Shown here in pieces: positions 37,452 to 47,200 of a DNA stretch of 64,000 nt; positions within the stretch are counted from its first letter, which is position 1; each line of letters begins with the position of its first letter. The notes beneath the pieces are model-generated. The model had not been told where the DNA came from and ran no database searches. It saw only the letters and a list, made by a program, of their open reading frames with translations. Source of the DNA: a virus (taxonomy: Duplodnaviria > Heunggongvirae > Uroviricota > Caudoviricetes); the IMG/VR virus record IMGVR_UViG_3300028602_000005, positions 18,137 through 82,136 of that record; one strand, given 5' to 3'. Position numbers and translations under genes: made by a program.

Positions 37452-37463
37452 TTATATATATAA
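37452..37463. promoter_or_regulatory. Motif-1 variant (TTATATATATAA)
   Basis: Just 3' of the dCMP-deaminase-like gene and adjacent to the ORF-free region. Confidence 0.3.
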
Positions 37464-37483
37464 TTTAAAATTCTATACTGAAA

Positions 37484-37864
37484 CTATAATTTTTCAAAAT
37501 CAAAATAAGGATATTCGCTGATACTATAATAAATTTTTTTAATTCCAACATGTTCTATATATTTCATACAGTTCTTACATGGTTTTGAAATTTTAAATCT
37601 ATTTCCTTTACTTATTCTTAAAACTAACATATAAGAACCTTTAAGAGATGTTTTTGCTTTTATAATTGCATCAACTTCAGCATGAATACTTCCTTTATAA
37701 TTTTGAAATTGTGGGTGTAATTTTTTAACAGACTTATGAGGATAATTATGACCTTTTGAAATTATTTTTTTACCTTTAAATATAACACATCCAACCTTCC
37801 AAAAATAATCAGTTTTTAAAGCTTCATTTACAGCTAAATTTATTATAGTATCAGATATGTTCAT
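37484..37864 (-). CDS. CMP/dCMP deaminase-family zinc enzyme
   Basis: HAEVDAI (H-A-E) and PCKNC (PCxxC) zinc-binding motifs; 126 aa. Confidence 0.7.
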   Translation of the reverse strand: MNISDTIINLAVNEALKTDYFWKVGCVIFKGKKIISKGHNYPHKSVKKLHPQFQNYKGSIHAEVDAIIKAKTSLKGSYMLVLRISKGNRFKISKPCKNCMKYIEHVGIKKIYYSISEYPYFDFEKL

Positions 37865-38222
37865 GAAATTCTACACAGTCTTCTTCAAGTTTAGAAATTT
37901 CTGTTTCTTCAATAAATTTAATAAAATCTTCTTTTATATAAAGTTCATTAGAATCGTATTCACATAAAAGGATATCTTTATCATTTTTAGCTCGTACTAA
38001 CATTCCTCCAATTATTCCAAAAAATTCTCTACTTTTAAACATTTCAGTTGCATAATTAAAATCATTTCTATGAAGTTCATCCTCAATTAAACTTAATGTA
38101 TTTTCTAAATTAGATTCTTCTTCTTTATTTAAAACTAAAAAGTTTAATAATTCTTTTGTATTATTTTTTTTATCTATTTTTACTTCAATAATATACTTCA
38201 TTTTAAGAGCCTCTATTTTCAA
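37851..38222 (-). CDS. Hypothetical protein
   Basis: 123-aa ORF overlapping the downstream gene start by 14 nt. Confidence 0.45.
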   Translation of the reverse strand: MKIEALKMKYIIEVKIDKKNNTKELLNFLVLNKEEESNLENTLSLIEDELHRNDFNYATEMFKSREFFGIIGGMLVRAKNDKDILLCEYDSNELYIKEDFIKFIEETEISKLEEDCVEFHEHI

Positions 38223-38229
38223 AATTTTT

Positions 38230-38241
38230 TAGAACAAATTA
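38230..38241 (+). promoter_or_regulatory. Motif 2 (TTAGAACAAATT), 50 nt upstream of the ATG at 38281
   Basis: Conserved element. Confidence 0.4.
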
Positions 38242-38280
38242 TAAAGAATATGAAAATTAAAATATTGAAAGGAAATTTAT

Positions 38281-39003
38281 ATGAGCGAAGATAATAATCT
38301 GATACTTAGTAATGAAGAAGATAAAAACAAAGATAATTTTTATGATGAAGAAGGGAAGGTTATTTGTCAAATTTGTAAAGAAGCATTTACAGTCATAACT
38401 GCCACTCACCTTAAAAAAAGACACAATATGTCTGTTAATGAATATAAAGAAAAATATAATTCACCAGTAACAAGTAAATTTTTTGGTGAAATGAGAATGA
38501 AGAAAAGAGTTAAAAGAACAAATTCAAATATAAAAGAAAATGAATCTAATATTGATAATGATTTATCTAAAGAAATATTTGAATCAACTGGAAATATGTT
38601 TCAACAATTAAAAGATAAAATAAAAGGAATAGATTTTTCAGATAAAATAAATAACATAATTGAAAAAAAGAAAAGTTTCATTGGGAATATAAATAATATT
38701 CCTTATGATAAATTAGATTTATTAAACTTTTTAATTTTAGAATTTGATGAAATTTATAACAACTATTGGGTTGAAAAAATTATACATAGAGAATTAGTTT
38801 ATAGACTTATAACAGATATTGCTTGTCCTTCTTTAAAAATTGATTTTGAGTTCCCTAATGCTTTTTGGCATAATTACGATCAACCAAAAATAGTAAGAGA
38901 TAGAATTCTAAAAGAAGATGGATGGAGAATAGTTAATATAAATCAAACTAATCCTAAAATAATTCATTTAGAAGAAGAACTATCAAAACTAAAATTAATC
39001 TAA
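38281..39003 (+). CDS. Hypothetical protein
   Basis: 240-aa ORF; N-terminal CQIC...H...H may form a small zinc finger. Confidence 0.5.
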   Translation: MSEDNNLILSNEEDKNKDNFYDEEGKVICQICKEAFTVITATHLKKRHNMSVNEYKEKYNSPVTSKFFGEMRMKKRVKRTNSNIKENESNIDNDLSKEIFESTGNMFQQLKDKIKGIDFSDKINNIIEKKKSFIGNINNIPYDKLDLLNFLILEFDEIYNNYWVEKIIHRELVYRLITDIACPSLKIDFEFPNAFWHNYDQPKIVRDRILKEDGWRIVNINQTNPKIIHLEEELSKLKLI

Positions 39004-39007
39004 ATTT

Positions 39008-39020
39008 CTTAGAACAAAAT
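39008..39020 (+). promoter_or_regulatory. Motif 2 (cTTAGAACAAAAT) without a downstream + strand gene
   Basis: Followed about 40 nt later by the terminator at 39058-39078. May drive a short (about 50-nt) RNA. Confidence 0.35.
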
Positions 39021-39057
39021 AATACTTAGGATTAGTTACTATTAACTATGTTATTAG

Positions 39058-39078
39058 AATGTTATAAGGGTCTTTTTA
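39058..39078 (+). terminator. Rho-independent terminator (GGGTCT-tttt-AGACCC followed by TTTTC)
   Basis: Seen directly in the sequence. Confidence 0.6.
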
Positions 39079-39094
39079 GACCCTTTTCTTTAAT

Positions 39095-39481
39095 TTATAA
39101 TTCTTTAAATATTTCTAAAAATTCTTTTTCTTCAGCAAGTGAATTTAATATCATTTTAATAGCCATTTTTTTAATCATTGATTCAGCATCAGCAATTTTA
39201 CAACGAAATTTAATGTTTAAAATAATACCACTTGTATCTTCAACAACTAAACTATATGTGTTATGGATATTAATTATGATTTTAAGTTTTAAAATTGGTG
39301 CAGATCTTGAAAATAATTTAACATAACAAGATGATTCAAGTTTATCTATTTTTTCCCAATCAGTAAAAATCATTTTTTTAACCTCTAAAAAATATTTTAA
39401 TATAAGGAGGATCTTTAAGATCCTCCTTTTTAATATTTTTTCATTAATATTAATATATCCTTTTTTTTGCACAACTTTCAA
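39095..39481 (-). CDS. Hypothetical protein
   Basis: 128-aa ORF. Preferred over the overlapping + ORF 39048-39326, which is hydrophobic low complexity. Confidence 0.4.
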   Translation of the reverse strand: MKVVQKKGYININEKILKRRILKILLILKYFLEVKKMIFTDWEKIDKLESSCYVKLFSRSAPILKLKIIINIHNTYSLVVEDTSGIILNIKFRCKIADAESMIKKMAIKMILNSLAEEKEFLEIFKEL

Positions 39482-39707
39482 GAAAATCGTATAAATATCT
39501 CTCAGCTAGTATTTTTGCTTTTTCTAAACTTTCATCTATATTTCTACCTCCTATCATATGACCTGTTTTGAAATCTCTCAAAACAATATTATAATTACCA
39601 TCCAATTTTTTTACGACCCTTAGTTTTAATATAGGTGAAGTTCCTTCTTCAAAACTAACAATCGATTCAAAGAATCCATCGTCTTCTCTAAACTCTGTTA
39701 ATTTCAT
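39450..39707 (-). CDS. Hypothetical protein
   Basis: 85-aa ORF. Confidence 0.4.
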   Translation of the reverse strand: MKLTEFREDDGFFESIVSFEEGTSPILKLRVVKKLDGNYNIVLRDFKTGHMIGGRNIDESLEKAKILAERYLYDFLESCAKKRIY

Positions 39708-39860
39708 TAGAATATCCCCTGAAAATCTTTTGTATGTTCTACAGAAAGGTTATGAAATTTTATTGTTGACTCCTTTTTATGTTTTCCTTTTATTGGATGT
39801 TCTTTCCCCAATACTTCTCCTTTTTCGTTCACATGTTGATGAAGAATATTTCCGTTCTTT

Positions 39861-40922
39861 TCAAAAATCTTTGTCATCTTTATCCTCCTCTTTCATATAG
39901 TTTATTTTGCTTTGATTATCTGCCCATTTCAAAGGACTATCATCTCTTAAGTGGTTTAAAATTAAATCAAATACTCTATCCTGAATTTCATTACTCATCT
40001 TAAGCCTTTTGCATATCCAAAGGGCCATTTCTGCGCCTATAAGATCATGTTCAACATAAGTTGAACGATCTTTTTTATTCTCTCGTACAAAAGGTTTTCC
40101 TATATCATGAAGCAATCCTGCTAATCTTAAAATAGGATCTTTTTCAAGATGATAAATCATAGATACAGTGTGATCCCATAAATACATTCTATGGAATTTT
40201 GAATTTTGATCATAATCCTTTTGTATAGTTAATTCTGGAATAATGTATTGCATAAGATTTGTCATCATAAGAAAATCTAATGCATAGCCCACATTATCAC
40301 CCATAAGAATTTTAAATAATTCTGAAGAGATTCTTTCTTTAGATATATGTCTCAGCTTTCTTTTTGTTTTTGAAACAGTTCTCCAAATATCATATTCAAT
40401 ATCCATATTTAAAGTTGAAGAGAATCTTGCTGCTCTCAACATCCTTAAAGGATCTTCTGTAAATCTATGTTTTGGATTTCCAACACATCTTATTATTTTT
40501 TGTTTTAAATCTTCTCGACCGAAAAATGGATCAATTATTTTTGTTGAACCAACTCTTTTAGCCATTGAATTTATTGTGAAATCTCTTCTTGATAAATCAG
40601 CAGAAATATCATTAACAAATTCAACAGTTGGCTTTCTATTGTCCTTTTCATATTTTTCTGTTCTAAATGTGGTTATTTCAATCATATTTCCTTTGATTGT
40701 AAATCCCACTGTTCCAAATCTTTTTCCGACAACATATGCTTTTGAACCAGCAGATTTTATTTTTTCTTCAATTTCATCAGGAGAGAAAGAAGTTGTAAAA
40801 TCAAAATCTTTTGGTTCTTTTCCCATAATTTGATCTCTTAAGGTTCCTCCAACATGATATATGGGAGCACCTTTACCAAATATTTCTATAATTCTCGCAT
40901 CAACTTCTTCAATTGAAATCAT
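39861..40922 (-). CDS. cca: CCA-adding tRNA nucleotidyltransferase / poly(A) polymerase family with an HD domain
   Basis: N-terminal VGGTLRDQIMGKEPKDFDFTT (the GG and DxD polymerase-beta nucleotidyltransferase motif), RRDFTINS, and the HD-domain motif LLHDIGK near the C-terminus; 353 aa. Confidence 0.75.
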   Translation of the reverse strand: MISIEEVDARIIEIFGKGAPIYHVGGTLRDQIMGKEPKDFDFTTSFSPDEIEEKIKSAGSKAYVVGKRFGTVGFTIKGNMIEITTFRTEKYEKDNRKPTVEFVNDISADLSRRDFTINSMAKRVGSTKIIDPFFGREDLKQKIIRCVGNPKHRFTEDPLRMLRAARFSSTLNMDIEYDIWRTVSKTKRKLRHISKERISSELFKILMGDNVGYALDFLMMTNLMQYIIPELTIQKDYDQNSKFHRMYLWDHTVSMIYHLEKDPILRLAGLLHDIGKPFVRENKKDRSTYVEHDLIGAEMALWICKRLKMSNEIQDRVFDLILNHLRDDSPLKWADNQSKINYMKEEDKDDKDF

Positions 40923-40932
40923 TATTTTCTCC

Positions 40933-41643
40933 TTAATTTTCTAAATACATCCAACAATCTCCATGTCTACAATCAGGAAGACAAGTCCATTTACAATTCT
41001 CATAAACTCCTGTATTGAATCTATGAAAATGACCAAAATACCATAATTTAGGTTTGTATTTTTCATAAACATATGAAAGAGCAATCCTTGAAGGATCATT
41101 TATTTTTTTATCTTTCATATACCCAATTACTTCCATATTTTTAATTTCAAATTCTTGAGGGGCAGTATGACTTATAATTATGTCAATATTTATATCAGGA
41201 AGATTTTCAATATCTTTTTGTGATATAGTTTCTTCTGGAAACCAATCTAATCCAGGAGTCCTATAATCTTTATCAACCGATAAAGCACCCCCCATAAATA
41301 AAACATTTCTCCCATCTTCAAGTGTTAAATAAGAACCTCTTTTCATATAAAACACATTTGGAAAAATCTCATTATTTTCCAATTTTAAAAGAGATTCATG
41401 ATCTTCATGATTTCCATCACATAAAAAAACATCTGTTTTTCCATTTTTTACTTTAATACTTGGAAACTTAGGCCAAAATCCAAAATCTCCACATTGAAAA
41501 ACTATTTTTGGTAATCTTCTATTAATAAGAACATTCAAAAAATGAAAATAGCCATGTGTATCGCCAATTATTATAATATCTTTATTTACATTATTTTTAT
41601 CCTGAAACATAAAATCACCTCTTAAAATATTATTTATTTTCAA
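40933..41643 (-). CDS. Calcineurin-like metallophosphoesterase
   Basis: IIIIGDTHGYFH (GDxHG), CDGNHEDHE (GNHE), and a later histidine pair (GHFHRF); 236 aa. Confidence 0.7.
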   Translation of the reverse strand: MKINNILRGDFMFQDKNNVNKDIIIIGDTHGYFHFLNVLINRRLPKIVFQCGDFGFWPKFPSIKVKNGKTDVFLCDGNHEDHESLLKLENNEIFPNVFYMKRGSYLTLEDGRNVLFMGGALSVDKDYRTPGLDWFPEETISQKDIENLPDINIDIIISHTAPQEFEIKNMEVIGYMKDKKINDPSRIALSYVYEKYKPKLWYFGHFHRFNTGVYENCKWTCLPDCRHGDCWMYLEN

Positions 41644-41650
41644 TCATATA

Positions 41651-41663
41651 TTAATATATATAG
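41651..41663. promoter_or_regulatory. Motif 1 copy (TTAATATATATAG)
   Basis: Divergent junction. The motif-2 copy cTTAGAACAAAAAA at 41697-41710 lies 48 nt upstream of the ATG at 41758. Confidence 0.45.
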
Positions 41664-41757
41664 TTTTTTAATTAAAGATTTATTTTACAAAAATAACTTA
41701 GAACAAAAAATAAAGACTGTAGTACCTATCGTTTTACTCTTTAGGAGAATAACATCA

Positions 41758-43050
41758 ATGACAATTACCCCTAGTCAGTTAAGAAATATCGATCCATTTG
41801 CTTCATATAATAGTAATGCTGTCAATACTTTAACAAGAATGATAACAAGAGGATCAAATTGTATTTTTGGAGTTGGTTCTTTAGATGTTTCAATATCTGA
41901 TGGAAGAACATTAACATTATCAACTGGAAAATGTTTTAAAGATGACGTTCTAATTGAAATTACATCTGAATTCACTATAGACGTAACAGATTCTAGTTTT
42001 TATTCAAATGGTTCTTTTTCATATGAAGGAATATTTTATGTTTGTTTAAATTATACATATGTTAAATCAAAACCTGCTCCTCAAGCAACTATTAGAATTT
42101 TGGATAAAAATCAACATGCTCAATTAACAGGAGGAACTAACCTTTTATTTTTAAAGGCTTTTAAAGTTGAAACAGTATTAAGTGCTTTAACTGTTACTGA
42201 GGTGTACAATTATGATCCAGATGATACTACTGTTAAAAGAGAATATCCTATTTTAGATTGTGGAATTGAACACACACTTCCTACATTCGTAGCAAGTAGA
42301 GATGAATCTAGACTTGTTTATTGTCAAGATACTGAAATGTTTTATTATGGTGCTTCTAATAGATGGGAAAGTTTTTCAGGATTAAGAGAAAATGCAGATA
42401 CAAGAAATATGAGTGTCGGATATTTGGGATATTTTTCTTCAGATTCAACAATTCATGCAGCAATTGCGACAGCTTCAATTTCATTTGCTGATTGCGTTGT
42501 TGTAAGTATTGGGGAAATGGGAAATGTTAAATTATTTGGTTATGTAGAAAATATTCCTATACAAAGTGGGATTACAATTGTTGCGGGAGATGATTTATAT
42601 TTATCATCAACAGAAGCAGGAAAATGTACTAATGTTCAACCAGTTACAAATATTCAATTTTTGGGAACTTGTGTTGAAAATAATGGTAATGGAACACTTG
42701 ATATGTGGTTTAATCCAAACGGATTATTTGCACTTTCATTATCTTCTATTGAAGGGAGAGTTTCTCAAAATGAATCAGATATATCAAATTTACAAGCTGC
42801 TTCTTCTGGAAATATTTCAAAATATTTAACATTTAATGTAACATCATGGATTTTAGATGGGACAACTGGACTTTATTATGCAGATATTAATATTTCTTCA
42901 ATAGGGAGACAATATTTAAATATTACATGTTATGACGTAAGTGACAATTCTATTGTAATTCCTTATAATATTGTTGCCACAAGTACTTCATCGAAGAGAA
43001 TTTGGATGCCTGTGAACGGAATTGATTTAAACATTATTGTATCAGGATAA
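41758..43050 (+). CDS. Putative tail fibre / virion structural protein
   Basis: 430 aa, S/T/N-rich and beta-rich composition, directly upstream of the collagen-like fibre gene. No specific motif found. Confidence 0.4.
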   Translation: MTITPSQLRNIDPFASYNSNAVNTLTRMITRGSNCIFGVGSLDVSISDGRTLTLSTGKCFKDDVLIEITSEFTIDVTDSSFYSNGSFSYEGIFYVCLNYTYVKSKPAPQATIRILDKNQHAQLTGGTNLLFLKAFKVETVLSALTVTEVYNYDPDDTTVKREYPILDCGIEHTLPTFVASRDESRLVYCQDTEMFYYGASNRWESFSGLRENADTRNMSVGYLGYFSSDSTIHAAIATASISFADCVVVSIGEMGNVKLFGYVENIPIQSGITIVAGDDLYLSSTEAGKCTNVQPVTNIQFLGTCVENNGNGTLDMWFNPNGLFALSLSSIEGRVSQNESDISNLQAASSGNISKYLTFNVTSWILDGTTGLYYADINISSIGRQYLNITCYDVSDNSIVIPYNIVATSTSSKRIWMPVNGIDLNIIVSG

Positions 43051-43086
43051 AATATTTATCTTTTTTCAAAGAGGATTTAAAATAAT

Positions 43087-45504
43087 ATGTCAATTATAAC
43101 ACTCATGGGTTTATCTGGATATTCTGGATTTTCATCATATTCTGGAATTAGCGGATATTCTGGATTAAGAGGATTTTCAGGTTATTCTGGAATTGACGGA
43201 ATATCAGGTGAAGCCTATTTACATACACAGACAGAAGGTTCTCTAGCTTGGAATGTTGTTCATAATATGAACAGTAGAAATATAACAGCCACAATTTATG
43301 ATTTAAATTGGAATCAAATAATCCCAAGTGGGATTCAATCTCTTGGTCAGTCTGCATATGTGACATTTTCAACTCTTGAAAGTGGATATGCTGTCGTTTC
43401 TTCTGGAGCAGGTGGATCTGGATATTCTGGTATTTCAGGATATGTTGGCGCAACTGGTCCAATTGGATTTTCAGGATATAGTGGAATAGGGACTTCTGGA
43501 TATTCTGGAGTTCAAGGACTTTCAGGATATTCTGGAATTAGAGGATCATATTCTTCTTCTGGATATTCAGGTATTTCAGGTTACTCAGGAATAAGCGGTA
43601 TTAGTGGATATTCATCATATTCAGGAATTTCAGGTTACAGTGGATTTTCTGGATTTTCAGGATATTCTGGAATTCATGGTATTTCTGGATATTCTGGATA
43701 TAGTGGAATCTCAGGATTTAGTGGTATTTCTGGCTATTCTGGAATTGAAGGATCATATTCTGCATCAGGATATAGTGGAATTTCAGGATATTCTGGAATT
43801 CCTGGTATTTCTGGTATTTCTGGATATTCTGGTAGAAATTATAGTTGGCAAGGACAATGGTTATTTGATACAACGTCTTATTTAGAATTAGATTTAGTAA
43901 CAAATGGTGGATCAACATTCTCAGCAATAATTGATCATATTTCAGATCATGATAATGAGCCTGGAATTGGAGTAGATTGGGAAACATATTGGGCTTTAGC
44001 TGCTGAAAAAGGGTCATCTGGATATTCAGGGACAATAGGTCAGATTGGCGTTTCCGGCTATTCTGGAATTGAAGGGGCATATTCAGCATCAGGATATTCT
44101 GGTATTTCTGGATTTTCAGGTTTATCTGGATATATTGGTGAGTCTGGTTATTCTGGAATTTCTGGATATAGTGGTATTTCTGGATATAGTGGAAATTTAG
44201 GAGTCCCTGGATCATCAGGATATAGTGGAATTTCAGGTATTTCTGGATATTCATCATATTCTGGAATTTCTGGATATTCTGGATTAAGAGGATTTTCAGG
44301 GTATTCTGGAATTGAAGGGTATCCTGGAGGTGATGGAGTCTCTGGTTATTCTGGAGCATTTGGTGTTCCTGGATCATCAGGATATAGTGGAATTTCAGGT
44401 ATTTCTGGATATTCATCATATTCTGGAATTTCTGGATATTCTGGATTATCATCATATAGCGGTATCTCTGGTTATTCTGGTTTTTCTTCATATTCTGGAA
44501 TTTCTGGATATTCATCATATTCTGGAATTTCTGGATATTCTGGAATTTCTGGAACATCTGGATATTCAGGAGCAAGAGGCATTTCAGGATTTATTGGAGA
44601 AACTGGAACATCTGGATATTCTGGAGCAGTTGGAAGAAATTACTCTTGGCAAGGACAATGGTTATTTGATACAACTTCTTATTTAGAATTAGATTTAGTT
44701 GTAAATAACGGTGGAACATATTCTGCCATAATTGATCATAGTTCAAATAATGATAATGAGCCTGGAGTTGGAGTAAATTGGGAGTCTTATTGGGCAATTG
44801 CATCTGAAAGAGGAGTATCAGGATACTCAGGTTTAAGTGGATATTCTGGATATTCTTCATATTCTGGTTTATCAGGATATTCTTCATATTCTGGTTTATC
44901 AGGATATTCTGGAATTTCTGGATATTCAGGAGTTATTGGAATATCAGGTTATTCTGGAATATTAGGCATTTCTGGATATTCAGGTTTAAGTGGATATTCT
45001 GGAATTTCAGGTTATTCTGGAATCGCTAGTATGACATCTTTAATTGAAGATACATCACCACAATTAGGCGGTAATTTAGATTTTAATGAAAAAGGAGTTT
45101 TCTTCAATTCAAATATTTCAATAAATAATGGATTTAATGGTTTCATTGAAATAGATTCAACTGCTTCTGTTGATATTTCATTTAGTGAATTAGTTTATTT
45201 AGATGAATATGAAACTATTTCAAAGGCAGATGCATCAGATGAAACATCTTGCAGTTCTATTTTATTTTTGTCTTTAGGAAATGTAAATTCTGGAGATCAA
45301 ATAAATCTTTTAAAATATGGATATATAAGAAATGATGTTTGGAACTGGCTTAATATTGGAAAACCAATTTATGCTTCAATCACAGAAGGATCTATTTCAC
45401 AAGATAAACCTGAAAATACTGGTGAAATTGTCAGAGTTATCGGATATGCTGCAAAATCAAATGTTATATTCTTTGATCCAGATAATACTTGGATTGAAAT
45501 TTAA
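43087..45504 (+). CDS. Collagen-like (Gly-X-Y) repeat tail-fibre protein with two duplicated non-collagenous insert domains
   Basis: Long runs of GYS GIS GYS GFS triplets. Duplicated inserts RNYSWQGQWLFDTTSYLELDLV...NEPG(I/V)GV(D/N)WE. Globular C-terminal domain. 805 aa. Confidence 0.7.
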   Translation: MSIITLMGLSGYSGFSSYSGISGYSGLRGFSGYSGIDGISGEAYLHTQTEGSLAWNVVHNMNSRNITATIYDLNWNQIIPSGIQSLGQSAYVTFSTLESGYAVVSSGAGGSGYSGISGYVGATGPIGFSGYSGIGTSGYSGVQGLSGYSGIRGSYSSSGYSGISGYSGISGISGYSSYSGISGYSGFSGFSGYSGIHGISGYSGYSGISGFSGISGYSGIEGSYSASGYSGISGYSGIPGISGISGYSGRNYSWQGQWLFDTTSYLELDLVTNGGSTFSAIIDHISDHDNEPGIGVDWETYWALAAEKGSSGYSGTIGQIGVSGYSGIEGAYSASGYSGISGFSGLSGYIGESGYSGISGYSGISGYSGNLGVPGSSGYSGISGISGYSSYSGISGYSGLRGFSGYSGIEGYPGGDGVSGYSGAFGVPGSSGYSGISGISGYSSYSGISGYSGLSSYSGISGYSGFSSYSGISGYSSYSGISGYSGISGTSGYSGARGISGFIGETGTSGYSGAVGRNYSWQGQWLFDTTSYLELDLVVNNGGTYSAIIDHSSNNDNEPGVGVNWESYWAIASERGVSGYSGLSGYSGYSSYSGLSGYSSYSGLSGYSGISGYSGVIGISGYSGILGISGYSGLSGYSGISGYSGIASMTSLIEDTSPQLGGNLDFNEKGVFFNSNISINNGFNGFIEIDSTASVDISFSELVYLDEYETISKADASDETSCSSILFLSLGNVNSGDQINLLKYGYIRNDVWNWLNIGKPIYASITEGSISQDKPENTGEIVRVIGYAAKSNVIFFDPDNTWIEI
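43834..44013 (+). repeat. Copy 1 of a direct repeat of about 180 nt (non-collagenous insert domain)
   Basis: Highly similar to 44634-44813 (identity judged by eye, not computed), within the collagen-like CDS. Confidence 0.6.
44634..44813 (+). repeat. Copy 2 of the direct repeat
   Basis: Protein segments RNYSWQGQWLFDTTSYLELDLVVNNGGTYSAIIDHSSNNDNEPGVGVNWESYWA against copy 1. Confidence 0.6.
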
Positions 45505-45517
45505 TAAGGAAAAATAA

Positions 45518-46153
45518 ATGAATATTTTAGGGATATCACCAATTAAAGTTTTAGGAAAATCTTCTGATAATATTAGTAAAATGTGTGGAAGTCAGATGAG
45601 CACTCCTATTGCTCCTGGAAGTGAAATATATTATCCAATTGAAGGAACAGATGATGGATATTGGTGGGGAGTTAGTGTTGCCCCAAATGACGATCAATTA
45701 GCCATAGGAAATTATTCATCAAATCAACAACATTCTTGGGCCATATTTCCAAATATAACTATCCCTAAAGGAGCAACAATAACAGAGGCTTATATTAAAT
45801 TTACATCTTGGAATACTGAAGTTGGTGAAAATGTAAATGCCTTAATTTATGGAAATGATATTGATAGTCCAGTTTATCCCGCAACAACACTTATTGCAAA
45901 TGCTTTAGATTTAACAACAAATTTTGTAAATTGGAATAATATTGAAGCATGGATAGACGGAAACAAATATAACACACCAGATATAAGTTCAATAATTCAA
46001 GAACTCATCGAAAGAGAAAATTATATTGTGAATAATACATTGATGATAATTTTTAAAGATAATCTTAGTGATTATAATGCAAGACGACTTCCCTCTTCAA
46101 TAAATTATAATTCTGGAACAGAAAAAGCAGAACTTCATGTTTCTTGGTCATAA
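45518..46153 (+). CDS. Hypothetical protein, possibly a fibre-associated or carbohydrate-binding structural protein
   Basis: 211 aa, W/N/T-rich, follows the fibre gene with an AGGAAA RBS. Confidence 0.4.
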   Translation: MNILGISPIKVLGKSSDNISKMCGSQMSTPIAPGSEIYYPIEGTDDGYWWGVSVAPNDDQLAIGNYSSNQQHSWAIFPNITIPKGATITEAYIKFTSWNTEVGENVNALIYGNDIDSPVYPATTLIANALDLTTNFVNWNNIEAWIDGNKYNTPDISSIIQELIERENYIVNNTLMIIFKDNLSDYNARRLPSSINYNSGTEKAELHVSWS

Positions 46154-46221
46154 AAAATTCTTAGCAAATTATTCTTAATATCCTAACAAATATAAAAAAG
46201 TGAAAGGATAGTTTTTTCAAT

Positions 46222-47166
46222 ATGAAAACTATATTAGTTACAGGTGGTTCTGGTTTTTTAGGATCACATTTATGTAAAAAATTATTAGATTTAAATCATT
46301 ATTTAATTTGTTTAGATAATTTTTATACAGGAAGAAAAAAGAATATAGAGGAATTAATTGAAAATCCAAATTTTGAATTAATTAAAAGAGATGTTATTTC
46401 TCCACTATATTTAGAAAAAGTAGATCAAATTTATAATTTAGCTTGTCCCGCATCACCAATTCATTATCAAAAAGATCCTATAAAAACATTTAAAACAAGT
46501 ATTTTAGGTGCGATGAATATGTTGAATTTAGCAATTGATAATAATTCAAAAATATTACAAACATCAACAAGTGAAGTTTATGGTGATCCAATTGTTCATC
46601 CACAAAAAGAAAATTATTGGGGAAATGTAAATCCTATTGGATTAAGATCAAATTATGATGAAAGTAAACGTGGAGCAGAAACGCTTTTTATGGATTATCA
46701 TAGAAAATATAATTTAAAAATAAAAATTGTAAGAATTTTTAATACCTATGGCCCAAATATGCATCCAGATGATGGAAGAGTAGTCAGTAATTTTATAGTT
46801 CAAGCCTTAAAAAATGATCCAATAACAGTTTATGGTGACGGAACTCAAACTCGATCTTTTTGTTATGTTGATGATATGATATATGGATTAACTTTAATGA
46901 TGAATTCTCATCCCAATATAATTGGTCCAATTAATCTTGGAAACCCAGAAGAATTTACAATATTAGAATTGGCAAATAAAGTAATTGAATTAACAAATTC
47001 AAAATCTAAAATTATATATAAACCACTTCCATCTGATGATCCAATTAGAAGAAAACCTGATATTTCTCTCGCTGAAAGTTCATTATTCTGGAAACCTTAT
47101 ACAAAATTGGAAGATGGTCTTATTAAAACAATTGAATATTTTGAAAAAGAAATTTCCCAAAACTAA
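46222..47166 (+). CDS. UDP-glucuronate decarboxylase (UDP-xylose synthase, UXS)-like short-chain dehydrogenase
   Basis: [15 protein letters not shown]...[18 protein letters not shown] is the characteristic UXS N-terminus (LDNFFTGRKRN), with a later YDESKR YxxxK motif. 314 aa. Confidence 0.75.
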   Translation: MKTILVTGGSGFLGSHLCKKLLDLNHYLICLDNFYTGRKKNIEELIENPNFELIKRDVISPLYLEKVDQIYNLACPASPIHYQKDPIKTFKTSILGAMNMLNLAIDNNSKILQTSTSEVYGDPIVHPQKENYWGNVNPIGLRSNYDESKRGAETLFMDYHRKYNLKIKIVRIFNTYGPNMHPDDGRVVSNFIVQALKNDPITVYGDGTQTRSFCYVDDMIYGLTLMMNSHPNIIGPINLGNPEEFTILELANKVIELTNSKSKIIYKPLPSDDPIRRKPDISLAESSLFWKPYTKLEDGLIKTIEYFEKEISQN

Positions 47167-47176
47167 GAACAAAAAA
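47163..47176 (+). promoter_or_regulatory. Motif 2 (CTAAGAACAAAAAA) overlapping the UXS stop codon, 38 nt before the ATG at 47201
   Basis: Conserved element. Confidence 0.4.
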
Positions 47177-47200
47177 TAAAAAAGAAGAAAGGTTAAGAGA

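Noticed and set aside
43148-44887. Six overlapping ORFs on both strands inside the collagen-like gene (for example 43718-44575 on the minus strand, 285 aa)
   Set aside because: They are generated by the Gly-X-Y nucleotide periodicity. Only the + frame gives a coherent collagen-like protein with globular termini.
43087-45504. A possible CRISPR array, suggested by the highly regular short repeats
   Set aside because: The repeats are 9-nt coding triplet units (GGATATTCT...) within an ORF, with no spacer-repeat architecture and no cas genes.
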